64,000 nucleotides of DNA from a virus (IMGVR_UViG_3300028585_000002:15337-79336), one strand, 5' to 3'. Shown: positions 37,229 to 46,825, numbered from the stretch's first letter. Made by a program: numbers and translations. The notes: generated by a model not told the origin, from the letters alone.

Positions 37229-37723
37229 CTACAGGCCCAATTCAGACAGGCCAGGGTGATCATCCGGGCGCCGTCCGAGCGGCCAGTGGTATTTGCGTTC
37301 GGATGCCAGGATAGGCTTGTCATTGATGGAGGCATAGCGGTTTGTCATCAGGCCATCTGCATCAAATTCCCAGTTCTCATTTCCATATGAACGGAACCAA
37401 TTGCCGGAGTCGTCGTGCCACTCGTAGGCGTAGCGAACACCAATGCGATTCTCGGAGAATGCCCACAATTCTTTGATCAACCGGTAGTCAAGTTCTTTTG
37501 CCCATTTGCGCTCAAGCAAATGCTGCGCTTCGGACCGGCTTGTGACAAATTCGGCACGGTTGCGCCATTTTGTGTCCTCGGTGTACGCAAGCGCTACGCG
37601 CGCGGCGTCGCGGCTGTTCCAGCCGTCTTCAGCCAGGCGAACTTTTTCGGTAGCGCTGGCGAGAGTGAAAGGCGGCAATGGCGGACGGATGGCTGAGTTG
37701 GTGGGCATAATGCTTACTTTCAT
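37229..37723 (-). CDS. DUF1348 (NTF2/SnoaL-like fold) protein
   Basis: [13 protein letters not shown]...[38 protein letters not shown] matches the conserved DUF1348 core. Confidence 0.55.
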   Translation of the reverse strand: MKVSIMPTNSAIRPPLPPFTLASATEKVRLAEDGWNSRDAARVALAYTEDTKWRNRAEFVTSRSEAQHLLERKWAKELDYRLIKELWAFSENRIGVRYAYEWHDDSGNWFRSYGNENWEFDADGLMTNRYASINDKPILASERKYHWPLGRRPDDHPGLSELGL

Positions 37724-37740
37724 GGGTGAGTAGGTGCAAG

Positions 37741-38310
37741 TTAGTCGGGTAGCAAGGCAGCGGCGATACGCGCCGCGCGCGGCGCAGCTGCGCGGTCGCC
37801 GGTTACCAATGCGACGGTAATAGCGCCGTCGATAAGGATGAGAAGTTGCTGAGCCAGTTCGTCGGCTGGCACCTTTGCGATGCCCGCCTCATTGACGACT
37901 TGGCGCAAGTAGTGCAGCAGGCGCAGCTTGTGCGCTTTTGCCACTTGCCGGATGACGTCTTGAGCGTCGCCGGTTTCCCCGGCAGCATTGATGAAAGCGC
38001 AACCACGGAAGTCGGGCGTGTCGAACCAGGTTTCCAGTGCCTCGAACATTGCCTGAATCCGCAGCGGCAATGGCATGCCGGACGGCGACGCCGCTTCAAA
38101 CCAGGTCATCCAATGCGCGTCGCGCTGCATCAAGGCACCTGCTACTAACGCTTCTTTGGTCTCGAAGTAGCGATAGATAGTTTTGCGTGCCACTCCGGAC
38201 TCCTTGACGATGCGGTCCATCCCGGTGTTGGCAATGCCAGACTCGTAGATTAGTTGCTCGGTAGTGGCCAGCAGCCTGGCGCGGGTGTCAATGAGAGGTG
38301 GCGATTTCAT
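37741..38310 (-). CDS. TetR/AcrR-family transcriptional regulator
   Basis: N-terminal [39 protein letters not shown]; start taken as MKSPPL (ATG 38310) rather than the upstream TTG. Confidence 0.7.
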   Translation of the reverse strand: MKSPPLIDTRARLLATTEQLIYESGIANTGMDRIVKESGVARKTIYRYFETKEALVAGALMQRDAHWMTWFEAASPSGMPLPLRIQAMFEALETWFDTPDFRGCAFINAAGETGDAQDVIRQVAKAHKLRLLHYLRQVVNEAGIAKVPADELAQQLLILIDGAITVALVTGDRAAAPRAARIAAALLPD

Positions 38311-38321
38311 GTACAGATGGT

Positions 38322-38335
38322 AGAACGATCGTTCT
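38322..38335. promoter_or_regulatory. Perfect 14-bp palindrome AGAACGATCGTTCT in the tetR 5' region (candidate TetR operator)
   Basis: Read directly from the sequence. Confidence 0.45.
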
Positions 38336-38667
38336 CCATTTGTCAACCGATTTTATTCATATGCTTCATTGACCAAGGTCCGGTTTTGGCCGATTGCGGA
38401 AGTTCACCGCCGTTAGTGTAACTCATAAAAATCAGGGTTCCTGCAGCGCGGCATCGTCCTGTCGCCTGCCCTTCCCCGCCTGGTGGATCGCTTTGCGTGC
38501 CTGGCCTCAACCCGTAAAGTTCATACATCGACAACGCAGCAATAAAGCGAGATCGACGCAGCAAGGGGGTCGACAGTAGCCAAGCAAACAGCTTCTACCG
38601 CCGCAAACCGGTCTGCATACTACAGTCATCGCGACGTGCGAATTAACCAACAAATGGAGTTTTGAAC

Positions 38668-39720
38668 ATGGCAAAGAAAACCACCCCGGCAGCGGCAGAT
38701 ACCACCTTCAACATGACCGCCATGGTCGACACGGCAGCCGCAGTGGCGGGTCCGGAAGATGCGGTGTTGGCCGGCCTACTCGAGGAGCTGGAAGGGAACG
38801 ACCCGACCGTCGGCGCCGCTGCTGCTGACGAGATCATCGAGCCGGAAGCGATCGACGCTGCCGACGCTTTGATCGACTCGGTTAGTGCGGAAGCGGCCGA
38901 CACTGTCGCCGCTCATGACACCGACGCCGGTCTGACGGTGTGGAATAAGGCGATGGGCAAGAGCGACGACGCCGATGAGCTGAACCTGGAAGCCCTGCTC
39001 GACGACGTGACCGCGACTGCGGCACCGGTCGACGCAGCTGCCGCCGACAACGATCTGGTCGACGACCTGCTGGACGACGTAGCCCAGCAAGCGGCCAGCA
39101 TCGAGGCGAAGCAGAAGCTCTACGCCGAACAAGACGCGCCCGAAGTCGGCAGTGGTGACGATGCTCCGCAGACCGATGCCGACGCTGTCGCGGCCGACAC
39201 CAAGAAGCCACGCAAGAAGAAGGATGCGGCGCCGAAGGAACCGAAGGCTACCCGCCCGACCAGCGTCACCCATAAGCCGGGCGACCTGCTGCTGGCCAAG
39301 CTGGGCACGAAGGCTGGCGACTACCTGATCTTCTCTGCCGACCCTGCCGAGAATGAGACCAAGGTGGCTGACTTCATCGCCAGGATGAACGACCGCGAGG
39401 CAATTGCCGAGAAGGTCCGCGAGAAGATCATCATGCTCATGACCTGGATGGCCGGTGGCCGCACCGGCGCGCTCAACGAAGTGCTGCGCCGCACGTTCAC
39501 GGTGCTGTCGAAGGACGGGACGCTCACCTCCGGCGACAAGGGCAACCTGCAACAGGATCTCCTGGCCAAGCCGTACAGCATGGGCACCGCACGCAGCCAG
39601 GCGAACCAAATGTTCATGGCGCTGCCCGAGCTGGGCCTGACGCTCAAGAGCAAGGGCGCCATGACCCCGAACCCGGACAGCATCATGCTGCAAGCCATCA
39701 ACGCTCAGCTGGGCCTGTAA
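38668..39720 (+). CDS. hypothetical protein with acidic Ala/Asp-rich N-terminal region and conserved C-terminal domain
   Basis: ORF-track ORF; start MAKKTTP after GGAGttttgaac. Confidence 0.45.
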   Translation: MAKKTTPAAADTTFNMTAMVDTAAAVAGPEDAVLAGLLEELEGNDPTVGAAAADEIIEPEAIDAADALIDSVSAEAADTVAAHDTDAGLTVWNKAMGKSDDADELNLEALLDDVTATAAPVDAAAADNDLVDDLLDDVAQQAASIEAKQKLYAEQDAPEVGSGDDAPQTDADAVAADTKKPRKKKDAAPKEPKATRPTSVTHKPGDLLLAKLGTKAGDYLIFSADPAENETKVADFIARMNDREAIAEKVREKIIMLMTWMAGGRTGALNEVLRRTFTVLSKDGTLTSGDKGNLQQDLLAKPYSMGTARSQANQMFMALPELGLTLKSKGAMTPNPDSIMLQAINAQLGL

Positions 39721-39777
39721 TCAAACAAGGGGAGGCCCTCGCCTCCCCGCATCACTCACGAATGACTTAGGACTATC

Positions 39778-40122
39778 ATGAAAGACAAACTCAACGCTTT
39801 ACCGGACGACGCTCTGATCCGCCTGAAGATGCAGATCGACGCTGAATTCAAGGCCCGCCGCTCTCGCATCTTTGCCCCAGGCAAGCTGGCCACCTTCTTC
39901 TCGGAGAAGTATGACCGCGATGTGCTTCTGAAAATCACCGGCAAGGGGCCGAAGAACTACTTGGCCAACGAGTGCGACAAGTTTGGCAATCCAGTCGGTC
40001 GCGCGCAGTGGCGGATCCACCCTAGCTTCCTAATGCCTGTGCTGCCCGAGGTCAAAGCGGCGGCGCCAGCGGTTGGTGCTGGCAAGGATCGTCCGGCAGC
40101 GACCGCAGCAGGATCGTGGTGA
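39778..40122 (+). CDS. hypothetical protein
   Basis: ORF-track ORF. Confidence 0.35.
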   Translation: MKDKLNALPDDALIRLKMQIDAEFKARRSRIFAPGKLATFFSEKYDRDVLLKITGKGPKNYLANECDKFGNPVGRAQWRIHPSFLMPVLPEVKAAAPAVGAGKDRPAATAAGSW

Positions 40123-40331
40123 TGGGCCAAAACAGCGAGCAGATCCTCACCGACCTGCACAACCTGGACATGGACCGGCGCGAGGTCGCTCTGAGCGACT
40201 TCAAGGACGACCTGCGGGACTTCAACGAGGAGCAGCTGACCCTGCTTGCCGAGAATCTGCAGCGCATCAAGAGCCTGGTGCTCGCCACTCGCCGTGCGCG
40301 GTGCAAGGCGATCGCCCGACAAGCAACCTGA
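40116..40331 (+). CDS. hypothetical protein
   Basis: ORF-track ORF; ATGA overlap. Confidence 0.3.
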   Translation: MVMGQNSEQILTDLHNLDMDRREVALSDFKDDLRDFNEEQLTLLAENLQRIKSLVLATRRARCKAIARQAT

Positions 40332-40343
40332 AAGAGGAACCAG

Positions 40344-40616
40344 ATGGACCACAATATCAAACGCCGCAGCTTCAACAATACTGCCGCTGCCCTGATCGAA
40401 TACGACGCCGGCAAGGCAGCGCGCGACAGCGCCTGGAACAAGGTCGAGAAGAACCAGGATGTGGAAGCGTGCGAGGCGGCCGAGAAAGAGGCGTTACGCA
40501 AGGTGCAGGAGGCCTTCCACAAGGATACCCATGATATCAACTCTCTGGATCACTGCTACCTGGCCGACCTGGCGTTCATGCGCCGCATGACACTGCCCGA
40601 TCTCGTCGCCTGCTGA
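40344..40616 (+). CDS. hypothetical protein
   Basis: RBS AAGAGGAAccagATG. Confidence 0.35.
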   Translation: MDHNIKRRSFNNTAAALIEYDAGKAARDSAWNKVEKNQDVEACEAAEKEALRKVQEAFHKDTHDINSLDHCYLADLAFMRRMTLPDLVAC

Positions 40617-40677
40617 CGCCCTTCCCTTGCGCCCATTCGGGCGCCTTTTCTTGTCTACAAAACAGCCTTGGCCAGTA

Positions 40678-40770
40678 GGTGGATCGTTTTGAGTAGATGC
40701 GGTGGATCGTTTTGAGTAGTGACTGGTGGATCGTTTTGAGTAGCGTGGCCAGGTGGATCGTTTTGAGTAA
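40678..40770 (+). repeat. Iteron array I: 4 direct repeats of GGTGGATCGTTTTGAGTAG at 23-27 bp spacing
   Basis: Copies at 40678, 40701, 40725 and 40752, all in the same orientation. Confidence 0.8.
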
Positions 40771-40792
40771 AAGGCGAATTAGGCCTGCCTTT

Positions 40793-40820
40793 AAGGTTAA
40801 AGAGGGTTAAAGATGGTTAA
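40793..40820 (+). repeat. AT-rich tandem AGrGGTTAA x3 between the iteron arrays (candidate DNA-unwinding element)
   Basis: AAGGTTAAAGAGGGTTAAAGATGGTTAA. Confidence 0.45.
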
Positions 40821-40876
40821 CGGATGTGGACAACGACGCTAACTCCTTGATCTTTCTTGCGTTCTGGGAACACTCC

Positions 40877-41010
40877 GGTGGATCGTTTTGAGCAAACGGC
40901 GTTTCGAATTGAGCAAACGGTGTTTCGAATTGTGCCGGAGGTGGATCGTTTTGAGTTCCTATTCATCCTGCGGTGGATCGTTTTGACCTGTAGGTGGATC
41001 GTTTTGAGCT
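40877..41010 (+). repeat. Iteron array II: 4 further GGTGGATCGTTTTGA(G/C) copies plus a 21-bp direct repeat GAGCAAACGG(C/T)GTTTCGAATT x2 (40890-40931)
   Basis: Copies at 40877, 40940, 40972 and 40993; the last two overlap the 3' end of the Rep gene. Confidence 0.8.
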
Positions 41011-41995
41011 GGTGCGCCGGCCACAGCGCGCGTTACCTTCACAAGTTTTCCGCTACTGCGCGAATCGACCAATTCGCCTTTCGACAAAACGCCTGCACTC
41101 ACCAATTCAGCCAGGTAGCGCCGCATTACGCGCGGCGTATCCTTCTTGCTGATCTCCAGCCCCAGCATTTTTGCTAGTGACTCGGCGAGCACGTCATTAG
41201 GCTGACGGTGACTGCCGAAATATGACTGCAGGCGCCGTGCGCCTGCGGAAAGACCCTTTCTCGCTTCGAAGTCCACCAGTGTGAGATAGGACTCGGCGAA
41301 AAGTGTGACGAGTTTTTTGTTCAGCTTAATTTCCCAGGACAGATTGCCTTGGGGGATGCCATTTACGTCAGGTGATCCTCCAGTGAAGACCGGATCGCCA
41401 TCAATTAGCGACATCATCATGCCGCTCATTTTGTCGTTCGCCGTGAGCAGGCCCAGCTCCTCGCGCCGTTGGTATTCCTCCAGCTCGGCATACAGCTCAT
41501 CGAGCACTTCGGGGGCCGCTCCCGCCTCTCGAGCGCGTTCGCAGGCGAGGGCCTTGGTCAGCCGGCCGGAATAGACGGTAATGACGCCGCCCTTCAGGCG
41601 CTCGATGGTGCGGTAGATCTCGGTGTAGTAGTGCTGCATCTGCCGCTTGCCGGTCAGCTTGCATAGCTGGGCGTTGGAGACGCACACTGTCAGGTCGTCC
41701 ACCGACAGCTTGCGCGCCGCATGCACGAGGGCCAGGAACACGTCCTCGTCGTTGCTGCGCAGTTCTTCGCCTGTATAGGTCACGGCGCCGGTGCCTAAAA
41801 CGAATAGCTTCTCGTTCTTGTGCAGTCGTCGAGGCTTGCGCACATCGGCGCATGAGAACAGGGCCGAGCGCGCCAGCTCGTTCGCAATGGCTCGACGCTC
41901 CTCTGGCCAGAAGGCCATTTGGACCGGCGTGAACTTGCTCATTTGCGCAGCGGCGACGCGCTGCTTCAATTTGTCGGTGAGTGCCTTGGTTGCCA
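40959..41995 (-). CDS. iteron-type replication initiator protein (plasmid TrfA-like Rep)
   Basis: ~345 aa minus-strand gene directly abutting 8 iterons; C-terminus QNDPPTGQNDPP is the translation of two iterons. Family assignment by architecture and recalled similarity only. Start taken as MATKALTDKL. Confidence 0.5.
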
Positions 41996-42065
41996 TAAGA
42001 GTGCGCGGCTGAAAAAGAAAGCCAAGGATACGCCATGCGCACCTTACCGGCAAACTATCATTAGA

Positions 42066-42479
42066 TCATGAGGCGCTTACTTCTTTGGCGTATGCGCGCA
42101 GCGCCGCGACAGTCGCGCGGACCTCTTTTACGTCGAGCTGGAGGGACTTGATTATCAGGATAAGTTCTTGATCATCCTCCGACACGCCACAAGCGGAAGG
42201 AGGTGTGTAGAGGCGGTTCATTACATCCAATAGTTCAGGCTGGTACTCGCGCATGGCGAGCAGGAATAGCTCCGTCGGATCAGCCTTAAATTCTTCTGCA
42301 AATTGCTGAACTCGCACCAGTGGAAGTTTAGCTTTGCCGGCCAAGATCATCGACAACAAATTAGGTGGAATTCCAATAGCTTCCGCTATGGCAGCACGCG
42401 TCCGATGAGCAATTATTTTTTGAAGATGCCGGTCCAGATATGCCACGATCGACTCTGGATGATTGGGATTTTGTTTCAT
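42066..42479 (-). CDS. XRE-family HTH transcriptional regulator (paralog of 1220..1675), upstream of and co-oriented with Rep
   Basis: HTH RAAIAEAIGIPPNLLSMILAGKAKLP; shared C-terminal block with the left-end regulator. Confidence 0.6.
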   Translation of the reverse strand: MKQNPNHPESIVAYLDRHLQKIIAHRTRAAIAEAIGIPPNLLSMILAGKAKLPLVRVQQFAEEFKADPTELFLLAMREYQPELLDVMNRLYTPPSACGVSEDDQELILIIKSLQLDVKEVRATVAALRAYAKEVSAS

Positions 42480-42676
42480 ACATTAACTATAGGCAATATC
42501 CAGAAAGGGGTCAACGGGAGGTGTATTTTGCACCGTAAGTACCCATGCCTGTTGCATGAATCGAACGCTGTGATGTTGGAGTGACATTGTAATAGCAGCG
42601 TACCCATATCCCGTCCAGGGGCTGTAATCGCTTCTGGCCATCTCCTCGGCACGCATCTGTGGCTGCGCACATGGAG

Positions 42677-42723
42677 ATAAGTCATTGGTGACTTGTAGGT
42701 AAATCACGGATGACTTATCATGT
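42677..42723 (+). promoter_or_regulatory. Double palindrome ATAAGTCATtggTGACTTgtaggtaAATCACggaTGACTTATcATG in the divergent region between the XRE gene and plus-strand ORF 42736
   Basis: Read directly from the sequence. Confidence 0.5.
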
Positions 42724-42735
42724 GGTTGTCGCGAC

Positions 42736-42996
42736 GTGCGACCTAACGAGAGCATCACAATGACATCACAAGCAACTATGGAAATCGACATCCAGGAGCA
42801 TGACGCGATCCGCATGCTAAAAGAGATCGAGCGCACCCGCGCCGTGGGTCTGAAGTCACGCGAGAACGCATCGGTTCCGCCGGACTGTCACGCCTACCAG
42901 ATCACCGCCGACGGCACGCCGGTTGGCATCTTCGTCAACATGTTCGTGAACGGCACCTGGAACGCCAGCGCGAACTTCGACCTCGGCGAATACTGA
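42736..42996 (+). CDS. hypothetical protein
   Basis: ORF-track ORF. Confidence 0.35.
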   Translation: MRPNESITMTSQATMEIDIQEHDAIRMLKEIERTRAVGLKSRENASVPPDCHAYQITADGTPVGIFVNMFVNGTWNASANFDLGEY

Positions 42997-42997
42997 C

Positions 42998-43444
42998 ATG
43001 GGCAAGATCCACGATCGCTTCAAGGCCCAGGTCCAGCTGGTCCACCAGCAACCGGCGCCACGCCAATACTTGCTGCACGGTGGCCGCACGGTCGGCAAAT
43101 CCTACGCGGTGCGCATTGCCCGGCTGCTCAACACGCTCGACAGCATGCGCCGCACTCCTAACCTCGGCACGATGGAGCGCCACTCGACCATGCAGGGCCT
43201 GGCCGGCGAGGCGAAGAAGCTGGGCCTGAAGGGGCGCTGGAACATGCTGTGCAATCGTACCCAGTGCCTGGCACCCGACGCCGTCTTCTACAACCGCGGC
43301 AGCTACGCCTTCTACTGCGCCAGCTGCGCGCGCGAGCTGAACCGCGTCAACGCGCGCGATGCCGAGCGGCTGGGTGACGGCGGGCCGCTTTTGCGGCAAA
43401 TCGTAAATGCGGAAGAGGCTGCAGACCTGCACTGCATGCCGTAG
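42998..43444 (+). CDS. hypothetical Cys-rich protein
   Basis: CNRTQC...YCASCAREL. Confidence 0.4.
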   Translation: MGKIHDRFKAQVQLVHQQPAPRQYLLHGGRTVGKSYAVRIARLLNTLDSMRRTPNLGTMERHSTMQGLAGEAKKLGLKGRWNMLCNRTQCLAPDAVFYNRGSYAFYCASCARELNRVNARDAERLGDGGPLLRQIVNAEEAADLHCMP

Positions 43445-43536
43445 GAGCTGTGACGGCTGGTCGAACCCAGCCAGCAACATGCCAGTATCGGGTCGAGATA
43501 ATAGACCCATCGCAACAGATAACAGAAAGCAACACA

Positions 43537-43817
43537 TGGAACACAGCATCGTCGGGCAGGTGTCGCCCACTCAATTCGTCCACCGCGCATACGAAGAAAG
43601 TCATGTCCGCATTCGCTTGGTCAGCTTCGCTGACGCGGCCGATCCAGACAAGATCGTCGGCATGTCTGTCGACACCCGCGTCGGCGACCCGAACGGCATC
43701 GGCGACTGCCGCTACACGTCTCAGTTGTTCGGCCTGTCGTCCCAGCAGCGCGACTACGCCAGCGACGCCTACAAGAAGACGGTCGGCGACTACATTCGTC
43801 GGGGGATCCTGGCATGA
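43537..43817 (+). CDS. hypothetical protein
   Basis: ATG at 43537 within ORF 43407..43817. Confidence 0.35.
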
Positions 43818-44248
43818 GCACGACCCGAAAAGCCTACCACGCGCTCGACACGACGCTCAGCAAGTTCATGCCGCGCGCGCAGCGCATGGTCCTGACCTCT
43901 CAGCTGGCCGGCGAGGAGGGCGAGGGAATCGCCGAGATCGTCAACGCAGTCGCCAAAGTGATCGCGGAGATGCCCGAGACCTACCAGACCGAAGGACAGG
44001 GGCTGAACGCGCTGGCTCACCTGCACTACTTCATTGCCGGCGTCGAGGCCTGGATCGTCGAGAAGGATCGCGGCGACCCGAATAATGGCGACACGTCCCA
44101 GACCCAGGCATACGGCATGGTCACGATGACCGGCAACGTAGAAGATGGCCAGGTCGGCTACGTCAGCATCGAGGAGCTGGTCGAAGCCGGCGCCGAGCTG
44201 GACCTGTACTGGACGCCCAAGACCCTGGCCCAGGTCCGGGAGGGCTAG
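43814..44248 (+). CDS. hypothetical protein
   Basis: ATGA overlap. Confidence 0.4.
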   Translation: MSTTRKAYHALDTTLSKFMPRAQRMVLTSQLAGEEGEGIAEIVNAVAKVIAEMPETYQTEGQGLNALAHLHYFIAGVEAWIVEKDRGDPNNGDTSQTQAYGMVTMTGNVEDGQVGYVSIEELVEAGAELDLYWTPKTLAQVREG

Positions 44249-44250
44249 GC

Positions 44251-44889
44251 GTGAGCGTGTATTTGCAACTGCGCGACCCCGGCGTGATGCGCGCATTGCG
44301 CCACCCTGCCCTGAAGGGACTGCCTCGCCTGGCGCGCGGCGCCTTCTGTGCCGTCTACGACAAGGGCGACACCGTCCTCAAGCTGACGTGTGACCCGGTC
44401 TCCTACGAGTTCGCGGCCGGGTTCGCGCGTCCGCTGGGCGACCACTTCCCGCAGCTGGTGGATGATTTTGACCGAGTTGGCGAGACCCGCGCCGGCGACC
44501 CGCTCTACCTGTTTGAAGTGGAGAAGCTGCAGCCGATCCGCCGAGAGACGCCGCGCGAGGTCAAGCTCTCGGCTGGCCGACTGTGCGAATCGGTGGACGT
44601 GACCTGGTCGAAGTATCGCTGGTCGGCGCGCAAAGGCGAAAACGACTGCATCGCCAGCTACCGCGCGCTGCAGGAGGTGGCCGCCGACACCACGGTGCCG
44701 GAGACCATGCGCGAGGCGCTGGGCGAGCTGGCCCTGTTCGCCGGCTGCCACGACGCCGTCATCGACTTCCACCAGGCGAATGTCATGCTGCGCGGCGACA
44801 TGATCGTCCTGAACGACGTAGTCGTGGGAGACGCGGCCCTGGAGAAGTTGCAGAAGAAGCGCAACCCACGCGGCTACCGGTTTGGATAA
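44251..44889 (+). CDS. hypothetical protein (weak kinase-fold-like motif IDFHQANVMLRGD)
   Basis: ORF-track ORF; stop TAA is part of the motif copy at 44886. Confidence 0.4.
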   Translation: MSVYLQLRDPGVMRALRHPALKGLPRLARGAFCAVYDKGDTVLKLTCDPVSYEFAAGFARPLGDHFPQLVDDFDRVGETRAGDPLYLFEVEKLQPIRRETPREVKLSAGRLCESVDVTWSKYRWSARKGENDCIASYRALQEVAADTTVPETMREALGELALFAGCHDAVIDFHQANVMLRGDMIVLNDVVVGDAALEKLQKKRNPRGYRFG

Positions 44890-44971
44890 GTCACCGGTGA
44901 CATTGAAGTGCCTGTATCTGGGCGCGACAATGAGAACTCGACAATAAAAGCGCAAAAGCGCAAATGAGGAA

Positions 44972-45169
44972 ATGATGCAAACCTTAATTACGGAAAACCG
45001 GAAGAAGCCTGGTTGTGGCTGGCAAATGGCCCGTCAGCTGCCTGCAAACGACCCGAGCTGGTCGCCTGCCGACTGCGCCTGGATCGACACCCTGATGGAG
45101 ACCGGTGACGACACGCTGACCGTCGGCGACACGATGTATCAGCAACAGTGGACCCGCAACCCGACATGA
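44972..45169 (+). CDS. hypothetical small protein
   Basis: Preceded by a GCGCAAAAGCGCAAA element and AGGAAatgATG. Confidence 0.3.
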   Translation: MMQTLITENRKKPGCGWQMARQLPANDPSWSPADCAWIDTLMETGDDTLTVGDTMYQQQWTRNPT

Positions 45170-45183
45170 ACCTGGAGAACAAC

Positions 45184-45393
45184 ATGGCAACTACCACCCA
45201 AGATCAGCCGCCGATGACTGAAGCGGAATACTCGGGCGTCGGCGGGAACTGCTGCCCTTTCTGCCGCAGCGAGAACATCACCGGCGGCAGCGTGGAGATC
45301 AACAACGGCGGCGCTTACCAGACGGTCGGCTGCGACGACTGCGACAAAGAATGGACCGACACCTACGCCCTGACCGGCTACGAGGAGACCTGA
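45184..45393 (+). CDS. zinc-ribbon small protein
   Basis: CCPFC...CDDCD; RBS GGAGAacaacATG. Confidence 0.35.
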   Translation: MATTTQDQPPMTEAEYSGVGGNCCPFCRSENITGGSVEINNGGAYQTVGCDDCDKEWTDTYALTGYEET

Positions 45394-45728
45394 TGTTTAA
45401 TAGCCAAGAGAAGGCCCTGATCCTGGCCGGCCTGCGCACCCTGCAGGAGAACATGGTCAACGGTGGCACGAAATATCTGTCGCAGGGCGTGCTGGAGATC
45501 CTGGATGAAGCCGACCTCGGCGAGGGCGTCATCGACTCGATCGACAGCCTGTGCGAGAACGTAAATATGGACGACTTCGCCGAGCGCGCACTGAACGTCA
45601 TCACGACGCTGCACGCCCGCTTGGCCGGCTGGGTCGAGATCGCGGACGAGGAGGACAAGCGCGAACTGGATGACGTGGCCCTGGACGAAGCGCGCGACTT
45701 CCTGCTCGAGGCGGGCCGGGAACCATGA
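45393..45728 (+). CDS. hypothetical acidic protein
   Basis: Start overlaps the upstream stop. Confidence 0.4.
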   Translation: MFNSQEKALILAGLRTLQENMVNGGTKYLSQGVLEILDEADLGEGVIDSIDSLCENVNMDDFAERALNVITTLHARLAGWVEIADEEDKRELDDVALDEARDFLLEAGREP

Positions 45729-46147
45729 CTGTGTCGATGCCTGCGGCCGGCAGCCGCGAACATGAGCCGATCGAGGCCCTGGAGGTGGGCGAAGACGCCA
45801 CCTGCTGCACCCACTGCGGCAGCAGGACCGAGATCAAGCGCGACTTCGGCGTCGAGCGCATAGAGCGTTGCCTGAATTGCAAGCAGAGCTTTGTCGTGAC
45901 CGATGCGGCGGATGACGCCTTCGACCCGGCCGACCCTGGCGAGATCGACGTGGTGGATGACGCCGGCAACGTGGTCGGCACCACCGCGGCGCCGAAGCCC
46001 GGCATGGAAACGCCCGAGCTGGACAAGCTGCTGATCGAGCTGATGGACGACGTGCCGATGGCCAGCCAGGACGACCTGAACCATCTGTTCGGCATCAAGC
46101 CGGCGCCACCCAGCCCGTACGGCGATGACTTCGGGAGCTTCGGATGA
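45725..46147 (+). CDS. zinc-ribbon protein
   Basis: CCTHCGS...CLNCKQ. Confidence 0.4.
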   Translation: MTVSMPAAGSREHEPIEALEVGEDATCCTHCGSRTEIKRDFGVERIERCLNCKQSFVVTDAADDAFDPADPGEIDVVDDAGNVVGTTAAPKPGMETPELDKLLIELMDDVPMASQDDLNHLFGIKPAPPSPYGDDFGSFG

Positions 46148-46362
46148 CCGCGACCCAGCCCATGCAGGAGAACGCCTGGAACGACATCAAGGAGGTGGAG
46201 AAGCCGGCCGGCTGGGACGCCTGCGACAAGTGCGGCGCCGGCGTGGCCCTGCTCAAGGAGGTGAAGTTGTCGGACGGGCGCCAGCGCTACCACTGTGTCG
46301 CCTGCATGCAGCGCTACAACGTACGCTTGCACCGGTATGTGGACTTCGGTGCGTTCGGGTAA
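46144..46362 (+). CDS. zinc-ribbon small protein
   Basis: CDKCGAG...CVACMQ. Confidence 0.35.
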   Translation: MTATQPMQENAWNDIKEVEKPAGWDACDKCGAGVALLKEVKLSDGRQRYHCVACMQRYNVRLHRYVDFGAFG

Positions 46363-46477
46363 TCCCGCCGCGGTGTCGCGCTCACCTGCCTGACGTGGCC
46401 CGCGATAATAGCTCTGTCGCAAATGCGATTAGTCGCAAAAGCGCAAAAACTTAAAACATCATTCACGGAGAACCGCA

Positions 46478-46794
46478 TGACCACCGCCTTCATCTTATTC
46501 CCGCCGTCGTACTTGCTGCGCGACGCTTTCTTCGCCAGTTCGCAGCCGCAGCTGATCGCGGCCTACGAGGACAACCGCTACAGCCAAGTGGCCGCGGTGC
46601 CGGTGGGCGAGCTGGCCGGAATGTCGGCGGCCGACGAATGCTTCGACCTGACCAACAATCCGCACCGCCAGGTCGAGCGCGAGGAGAAGTACGGGCGCGG
46701 CCGCTCGGTCTCGGTCGGCGACATCGTGAAGGTCGATGGTCAGGTGTTCCTGTGCCAGAGCATGGGCTGGCTGGAAATCATCAAAGCCGCATAA
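46478..46794 (+). CDS. hypothetical protein
   Basis: RBS CGGAGaaccgcATG; preceded by GTCGCAAA...GCGCAAAAAC elements. Confidence 0.4.
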
Positions 46795-46825
46795 CCTTAA
46801 ATCCTCAATTGCAGAAAGGCGTAAA

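Noticed and set aside
40678-41010. Possible CRISPR array suggested by the regular direct repeats
   Set aside because: Repeats are 19 bp with short, partly repetitive spacers and lie beside a Rep gene and an AT-rich tract. That is an iteron origin, not repeat-spacer architecture. No cas genes are present.
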